From a virus (taxonomy: Duplodnaviria > Caudoviricetes), in IMG/VR virus record IMGVR_UViG_2684623229_000001, positions 1 to 64,000 of that record: 64,000 nt of DNA. One strand, given 5' to 3'. How positions within the stretch are numbered: position 1 is the first letter of the stretch; each line of letters begins with the position of its first letter. A program made the translations under genes and the position numbers. The notes under the pieces were generated by a model. That model did no database searches. It worked only from the letters and a program-made list of their open reading frames with translations, and had not been told where the DNA came from. This document shows positions 58,360-64,000 of the stretch, piece after piece.

Positions 58360-58566
58360 TTATTCACCATCATTTTCTTTTGGTATTTCTATTTTAGCAT
58401 ATTTTTTTAACTCCTCTAAGTCACATTCTTTAACTTCAAACTCTTCATCAACTTTAATATGTTTACCTTCATATTTTATATATTGCTTTGCCTTAGCTTT
58501 AAAAGTTTTTTCTTTTACCTTTCCCTCTTCCATGGTATCTATATTTTCTTCTTTCGACTTTGCCAT
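58360..58566 (-). CDS. Small head-associated phage protein
   Basis: 68 aa after the capsid gene; IKYEGK....EEFEV. Confidence 0.6.
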   Translation of the reverse strand: MAKSKEENIDTMEEGKVKEKTFKAKAKQYIKYEGKHIKVDEEFEVKECDLEELKKYAKIEIPKENDGE

Positions 58567-58622
58567 ACTAAAAATCTCCTTTCTTATATAAAACTAAAGA
58601 GCAGCCATATTGACTACTCTAA

Positions 58623-59675
58623 TTAATATACTGTTGCAAAGAATACTTCATCTGCTCTATCAAAACTTACAATAGGCATAACTGATACTTTTGTATCTAC
58701 TGTAACTGGATCCTCTTTAACCATAGTTGTAACTGCAATTCCTGTGTCAACCATATAAGTATCCAGTTTAGATGACCCTGATTGTTTATCAAATTCTTCT
58801 GGAGTTGTACCATAAACGGTATTACCCAAAGTTGTTCCACTCATAAGTGTTATTTTGCCATCTGCATAGTATGGAACTGGATCAGCACCCTCATATGGAA
58901 TATAAGTAGCATCTTCTAAAAATACAACTGTTAATTGAAGTACCTCTTTAACAAATTGAATATAATTTGCTTGACTTAATATTAGTGAAGTATTTAAATT
59001 ACTATTTTTAATATGATTAGTAATAGCTTTATTAACTAAGAATGTACTATCAAAGGTATTTTCTGTTAGCAATAATGTTTTAGGCTTTGCATATTGGTCA
59101 TTTGTAATAGCTTTCTGCCATGCTTTAATATCTCCTATAATATCAGCATCAGGATTTGCCCACTTATCTGTACCTGTTAGCACCTCTCTATGATTAGATG
59201 GTACTCCATAATCTACTACAATATCTCCATCATCCGAAGTGAAATTTAATAATCCATTTTGAATTACTGATGATCTCATTTTCTTTGAAATTATATTTGC
59301 TCCATCTATTAAATTAGAATAGTTCTCAAACACCTGTCCTAATAATGCATTTACAAAATTCTCATTATTTGCTCCTATTGCATTTTGTAGATCTCTTCTA
59401 GTTGTTTCATCTATCCCCATACCTTCTTTGAAGAATGGTATTTCAGTTGACTTTACATTTAAATCAGCACTTAATGCTCTCATTTTTGTATTTGCATCAA
59501 AAGTACTCATTTTTAGAGCTATTGGCTTCTTTTTAGCACCTTTAGCCATTTCTAACTTTGTACCACTAACTTTTTTATCAGGGAATAGAGCTTTATCTAT
59601 TGTTTGTTCTACTGGTAGCTCTTTAATATAAAGAGCTATGTTTTTTGAATTAATATAATCTCTTAAATTAGGCAT
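58623..59675 (-). CDS. Major capsid protein (lambda E-like family)
   Basis: ATG at 59675 after GGAGG; LFP, PFFKE, VDYGVP..H, W....ADIIGDI, LGNTVYGTTPEE. Confidence 0.9.
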   Translation of the reverse strand: MPNLRDYINSKNIALYIKELPVEQTIDKALFPDKKVSGTKLEMAKGAKKKPIALKMSTFDANTKMRALSADLNVKSTEIPFFKEGMGIDETTRRDLQNAIGANNENFVNALLGQVFENYSNLIDGANIISKKMRSSVIQNGLLNFTSDDGDIVVDYGVPSNHREVLTGTDKWANPDADIIGDIKAWQKAITNDQYAKPKTLLLTENTFDSTFLVNKAITNHIKNSNLNTSLILSQANYIQFVKEVLQLTVVFLEDATYIPYEGADPVPYYADGKITLMSGTTLGNTVYGTTPEEFDKQSGSSKLDTYMVDTGIAVTTMVKEDPVTVDTKVSVMPIVSFDRADEVFFATVY

Positions 59676-59688
59676 ATATAAATCCTCC

Positions 59689-60081
59689 TTACTCTCCAAA
59701 AATTATTTGTTTTAATGCTGCCATTTCAACTTTTTTAATAGCTTCATCTGAATTAAACTTAACTGCATCTTCATATAAGGCACCATGGACAAATACTGGC
59801 ACTACTTCTGTTGCATCATCTTTATCTTCTGTTGGTGACATTGAACCTTTGAAAGATATATCTTGATATACAACACCAAATACATCTGTTTCACTTGAAG
59901 TTGAAGTTACTTTTTTACCATCTTTAGTAATTAAAGTACCTGCTAAAAGCACCTCATTTTCATCTAAAAGTGGTTTTACATCACCTTTTCTTATTTTAAT
60001 AGGCAATGAAATAAAATGATCTCCAGCTATTAATCTTAGCTTATTTTGTTTAGCTCCTATTGTATAACTTGACTGTCTCAT
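59689..60081 (-). CDS. Head decoration protein-like
   Basis: AGT.I...G, GVVYQDI, V.VHG; between scaffold and capsid genes. Confidence 0.65.
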   Translation of the reverse strand: MRQSSYTIGAKQNKLRLIAGDHFISLPIKIRKGDVKPLLDENEVLLAGTLITKDGKKVTSTSSETDVFGVVYQDISFKGSMSPTEDKDDATEVVPVFVHGALYEDAVKFNSDEAIKKVEMAALKQIIFGE

Positions 60082-60101
60082 TTGCCATCACTCCTTTATT
60101 T

Positions 60102-60716
60102 TTATTTAGCAAAGTCTGTTAAACTTTTTGCTTTCATATTTTCTGCTCTTTGCTTTCCTAATTCACTTGCAAAATTAGTTTTATTTGATTCTGGATCATT
60201 ATTACCACCAGTATTAAATGCACCTGTTCCTTTAACTTCTTTTTCGAATAAGAAATCATGTGATTGTTTAAGCGGTTCTATTTGTTCTTTAAGACCTATA
60301 ACTGTATCCCCATCAACTTTTAACTTTTCTCTATCTATAAGTGCCATAATTAACTTTTTATCCTTAACATTAAAATCACCTAATCCTTTTTCCAAAGCAT
60401 TATTAAAAGCAATATCACTTAATTGTTTCTCATAAGTTTCTTTTTGTGTTTTATTATCTAATTCTAATTTATCTACTTTTTCTTTTAATCCATCAACGTC
60501 TTTATATTGTTCTTTTAAGTTTTTTAGTTGAATATCTCTTTCACCAACTTGTTTTTTATATTCCTTAGCCTGTTCATTTACTTGGTCAAATCTAGCCTTA
60601 GGAATGAAAGCACCTCCTGATACATCCTCAAAATCCTTATCTTTATATTCTTTTTGCTTATCTGCTGGAAGTTGCTTAAATAACTCTTCTCCTATTATTT
60701 TTTTTAAAATTGCCAT
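60102..60716 (-). CDS. Capsid scaffolding protein (GP20-like)
   Basis: FIPKARFDQVN, coiled coil, GLKEQIE.LK....FLF. Confidence 0.85.
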   Translation of the reverse strand: MAILKKIIGEELFKQLPADKQKEYKDKDFEDVSGGAFIPKARFDQVNEQAKEYKKQVGERDIQLKNLKEQYKDVDGLKEKVDKLELDNKTQKETYEKQLSDIAFNNALEKGLGDFNVKDKKLIMALIDREKLKVDGDTVIGLKEQIEPLKQSHDFLFEKEVKGTGAFNTGGNNDPESNKTNFASELGKQRAENMKAKSLTDFAK

Positions 60717-61119
60717 TGTTCTAATTCCTCCTACTCCCTAAAAAAGATGAAAATAAAAAAAGCTATACAATCTTTAGCTTTTAAAATAATCTCAACTTTT
60801 TAAATTTTTCAATAATTAATAGTTTTTACTCCGTAGTAATTGTTTCTATTATCTTTTTAGAATTTTCTACGCACATATCCTCCCATTTTTACTTTTTATA
60901 AATAAATCAACCAAGTGAAGATTCCCTTCGTTGAGATATTCAATATACCTTCTAATATATTTTAATAAATCACTATGTTTCTTATATGTCATTATAGCTA
61001 CTTCATATCCCATTAAATTCACTCCTTTTTAGATAAAATAAAAAAGCCTCATTTCCAAGACTTACACTTTGTACCCCTTTCTCAAATATGGTAAAATTTT
61101 GTTGAAGGGAGGTGATTTT

Positions 61120-61287
61120 ATGAGTAACTTAATTAAACCCGGAACAGATAACCAACCAGCTGGTAAATATAAAGAGGTTGGTCCACGTGGTGGAAATGTT
61201 CCTAAACCAAAAACTGTAACTATTGATCCTGGTGATAGGCTACCACCTACACAGGAAAAAGGTCGTAAATGGGAAAAAATTAGATAG
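61120..61287 (+). CDS. YjzC-like protein
   Basis: ATG at 61120 after GGAGGTG; KPG....G.Y.EVGPRGG...GDRLPPT...W. Confidence 0.8.
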   Translation: MSNLIKPGTDNQPAGKYKEVGPRGGNVPKPKTVTIDPGDRLPPTQEKGRKWEKIR

Positions 61288-61404
61288 CTAAATTTCTATT
61301 CTTTTTTTCCATATGCAGAGGCAGAAACTGAATATATTTATTTGTATCCAAGCCTCTGCATATCTTTTTCCATTTTCCTTATACTTTGTGATATAATGAT
61401 GCAT
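61288..61404 (-). CDS. 38-aa phage protein
   Basis: Not in the ORF track; GAGGTG RBS; MHHYITKYKENGKRYAEAWIQINIFSFCLCIWKKRIEI. Confidence 0.55.
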   Translation of the reverse strand: MHHYITKYKENGKRYAEAWIQINIFSFCLCIWKKRIEI

Positions 61405-61444
61405 AATTTTCACCTCACTTTTAAATATATTCAATAAGTTTTAT

Positions 61445-61741
61445 TTATTTTCCATTAATCCTATTCATCTCCTTTTTGAACTCCTTTTGAATATCATCTA
61501 TATCTTTATCATCTAAAACCTTATCCACATCATTAGTATCCTTAAATTTTCTTAAGCTTTTTATTTCAATCCTTCTTTTAAGCCTCCTACACTTAGTATT
61601 CATAACACACACTAAATGCTTTTTATTACACTTAGGACATTCATAATATACTTCTGTATACATTGCTCCTAAATACTTTTCATTAAGTCTATCCTGTGTC
61701 ATATTGAACTCTCTTTTACAATTATCACATATTACTTTCAT
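61445..61741 (-). CDS. Zn-ribbon phage protein
   Basis: CDNC...CPKC. Confidence 0.65.
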   Translation of the reverse strand: MKVICDNCKREFNMTQDRLNEKYLGAMYTEVYYECPKCNKKHLVCVMNTKCRRLKRRIEIKSLRKFKDTNDVDKVLDDKDIDDIQKEFKKEMNRINGK

Positions 61742-61750
61742 ATATGCCTC

Positions 61751-62716
61751 CTATATTGCTATGCCGTATTTTTGGCCATAATTATCTAACCATTTATCTA
61801 GTTTAGGGTTGTTTTCCCCATTAGCCCACGCTATCAATTCATCTCTAGCCTTTTCAGCTGGTATATTTTCTTGAGTAGGATAACAAAGGCAATTAGGATG
61901 TGCTATTGGATATTTATCGGCCGGATAAATTCCAGCACCTAAATCGTAATTGTTTTGTGTTGAATACTCATCACAGATATCTTTACCGTGTCTAGCTACT
62001 TGTCTTTCATAATGACTAGGACTTAAATTCCATTTTAAACCTATATTAAAAGGATTCATTTTGGAACCTTGAACATATGTCTCATTATGTGCATGAATTA
62101 ATGAAGTTCTAGCAAGCCTTTGTGACTGATAAGATATTTTACTACTCATACCAACTTCTAAAGTTTTAGGAGTTATTCTACTTAATGGATTAATATAAGC
62201 ATCTAATTCCTTGGCTAATTCTCTAGCATTAACTCCACTGGCAATATTAATCTTAATAAGCCTGTCTATATCTGCAGCATTTTTATTGGCTATATTCCAC
62301 AACCTTTGATCCAATGTCCCCCCATCACTATAATAATTAACACTTATAAGCTGATTGGTTATATTAGAAGATAATTGAATGAACATTCTATTAAAGGTAC
62401 TTTTAATATCCTGCCTAGGAACTATCATATCAATATAGCTTAGCTGCACTGCACTTGCTATTTGAGAGCTAGTTAATATGCCTTCTTTTGTATGTTTGCT
62501 TAATTTAGTTGCTATTTCTGTTGTATATTGCTTTAATATTCTATCCATTTCTATTAAATACCTAGAATTTAAAGTACCTGCCTTAGCCTTGGATAACTTA
62601 TAGGATATTTGTTTACTGGCCTCTAAATATATATCTAATAGCTCTTTCTCCTGATCTTGTACAAGTCTTAGAAATTGCTTTCTACCTTCTAAAATTCTCT
62701 GCTGATATAAGTTCAT
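61751..62716 (-). CDS. Minor head morphogenesis protein (SPP1 gp7 / Mu F-like)
   Basis: RLARTS, DICD, P.AHPNCLC; follows the portal gene. Confidence 0.8.
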   Translation of the reverse strand: MNLYQQRILEGRKQFLRLVQDQEKELLDIYLEASKQISYKLSKAKAGTLNSRYLIEMDRILKQYTTEIATKLSKHTKEGILTSSQIASAVQLSYIDMIVPRQDIKSTFNRMFIQLSSNITNQLISVNYYSDGGTLDQRLWNIANKNAADIDRLIKINIASGVNARELAKELDAYINPLSRITPKTLEVGMSSKISYQSQRLARTSLIHAHNETYVQGSKMNPFNIGLKWNLSPSHYERQVARHGKDICDEYSTQNNYDLGAGIYPADKYPIAHPNCLCYPTQENIPAEKARDELIAWANGENNPKLDKWLDNYGQKYGIAI

Positions 62717-64000
62717 TATTCCTCACCAGTTTTATCTATACTTTCATCTAGTTCGCTACTTATACCTTTTTGAAAAGAATCTGCCATTCTAGCCTCATTT
62801 AATCTTGCTACTTCATCTATTACTTCACTGAGAGCTTTTTCTATATCTTCTTCATTGCTAAACTCTTTCATGTAGTTTCTAATAGATCTAGCATTTTTTT
62901 CAACTTCATCAAGTGCAAGCTTCTTCTTATCCTCTTCATCAGAAGGTAATGGATAGTTATGCATAAATATAGTAGTATATTTTAAAGTTTTCCATTCTTC
63001 TTTAAAGCAGCCACAATAGCAATGCTTTGAAACCTCTATAACATATTCTATCAAATCTTTAAATACTGGCTCCCAATCATTCCATTTCTCTTCACACCTA
63101 GCAATCAAATCATTATATAAATAAATCATGGCCTTTGCTGATGGAATATTATTTAAGTCACTTATCTTAGGCATATCTAACGTTTCTTTCATATCACTAT
63201 CTGCTCTATCAAGATAAGAATCCAGTGCTGAACTACTACCCATATTGTATTCTTGTCTCTGGATAGTAGCTTGCTTCCCTTCTGCTAACGCTTCATCTCT
63301 AGTTTTTATTGCATGTACTGCATTAGGAGCTATAGTTAATCTATTTACATCATCTTCATTACCATCAATTATACTTTCAGAACCAAACATCTGGAATCTT
63401 AAAGCATCCGCAAAGTCACTATTTCTTTTATTATATTGATTTTGTGCATCTCTTAAGTCTGTAATGTCACTTTCACCAAAAGTATTATTAAGTTCTCCAC
63501 CATTTCTTATAAGCCAACATGGTATAGTAGAAAATCCTGTATCATATTCAATTTTTTCTATTAAATCTGTATTTTTGTAAGTTTCTTTTTTATACCAAGC
63601 TTGAAGTGCTTTAGTATATTCATCTGCATTGTAATAATAAGTATGCAAATAATAAATCTTATCCTTATCTTCTTCCTTATAAACATTCATTTCATCTTCT
63701 TCAAAGAAAATAGCTTTTAACAACTTTCCATTCTTTTCTTTATAAAAGAAATTTTCTATACTTTCATATTTGATTGTAACAGGATCTCCTGGATTAGCTT
63801 CTGCTCTAAGTAGTACCCTTTTCTTTATAGTAGCTTCTAAGAATGCTTTCCTAGTATTGTTCCAGAAATTATTGTTTTCAAATACATCTTCTATAAATTT
63901 TCTTAGTTCTTCACACTGCTCTTTATCCTTTAAATCATCTGCCTTAAATATCAATGTTGGCTTCTTACCAAACATCCATCTAGCTTGTTTCTTAAGAAGT
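62716..64000 (-). CDS. Portal protein (SPP1-type), 5' end outside the window
   Basis: GESDITDL...Q..YN...SD..D.L, SAKAM..LY..L; reading frame open to the window edge. Confidence 0.85.
   Translation of the reverse strand, partial: LLKKQARWMFGKKPTLIFKADDLKDKEQCEELRKFIEDVFENNNFWNNTRKAFLEATIKKRVLLRAEANPGDPVTIKYESIENFFYKEKNGKLLKAIFFEEDEMNVYKEEDKDKIYYLHTYYYNADEYTKALQAWYKKETYKNTDLIEKIEYDTGFSTIPCWLIRNGGELNNTFGESDITDLRDAQNQYNKRNSDFADALRFQMFGSESIIDGNEDDVNRLTIAPNAVHAIKTRDEALAEGKQATIQRQEYNMGSSSALDSYLDRADSDMKETLDMPKISDLNNIPSAKAMIYLYNDLIARCEEKWNDWEPVFKDLIEYVIEVSKHCYCGCFKEEWKTLKYTTIFMHNYPLPSDEEDKKKLALDEVEKNARSIRNYMKEFSNEEDIEKALSEVIDEVARLNEARMADSFQKGISSELDESIDKTGEE

Larger units (their letters stand above)
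27829..64000 (-). mobile_element. Siphovirus prophage integrated at tRNA-Leu(CAA); late region and cargo, continues right of the window
   Basis: Portal, capsid, neck, tail, TMP, Dit, fibre, holin and amidase in canonical order, then cargo ending at the tRNA fragment. Confidence 0.92.

Overview
AT-rich Clostridium chromosome segment, probably C. sporogenes or proteolytic C. botulinum (inferred from gene content and a characteristic intergenic repeat), made of two adjacent phage-derived elements, almost all on the - strand. (1) 1-27.3 kb: a headless, sheathless tail element (F-type tailocin-like or domesticated prophage). It has a repressor/Cro switch, replication genes, an ArpU/RinA-like activator, neck, tail tube, chaperones, a short tape measure, baseplate genes (one carrying a metacaspase domain) and an XhlA-like lysis gene, but no terminase, portal, capsid or integrase. 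Its distal end is an array of eight genes in which four conserved C-terminal modules recur in the order A-B-C-D-A-B-C-D, each fused to interchangeable N-terminal binding domains (LamG, SPRY, discoidin, a 'PESGW' domain). (2) 27.8-64 kb, continuing past the window: a siphovirus prophage integrated in tRNA-Leu(CAA), with a 60-bp att remnant at 27829-27888. It has head, tail and lysis genes and a 1100-nt group I intron with an HNH homing endonuclease splitting the tape-measure gene. Its cargo includes a Vip2/Vip1-like binary ADP-ribosylating toxin operon, a Kiwa anti-phage system, an ATPase plus pilin-like module, small secreted proteins and three copies of a putative sigmaH-driven small RNA unit. 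All family assignments come from motif recognition by eye; no searches were run.
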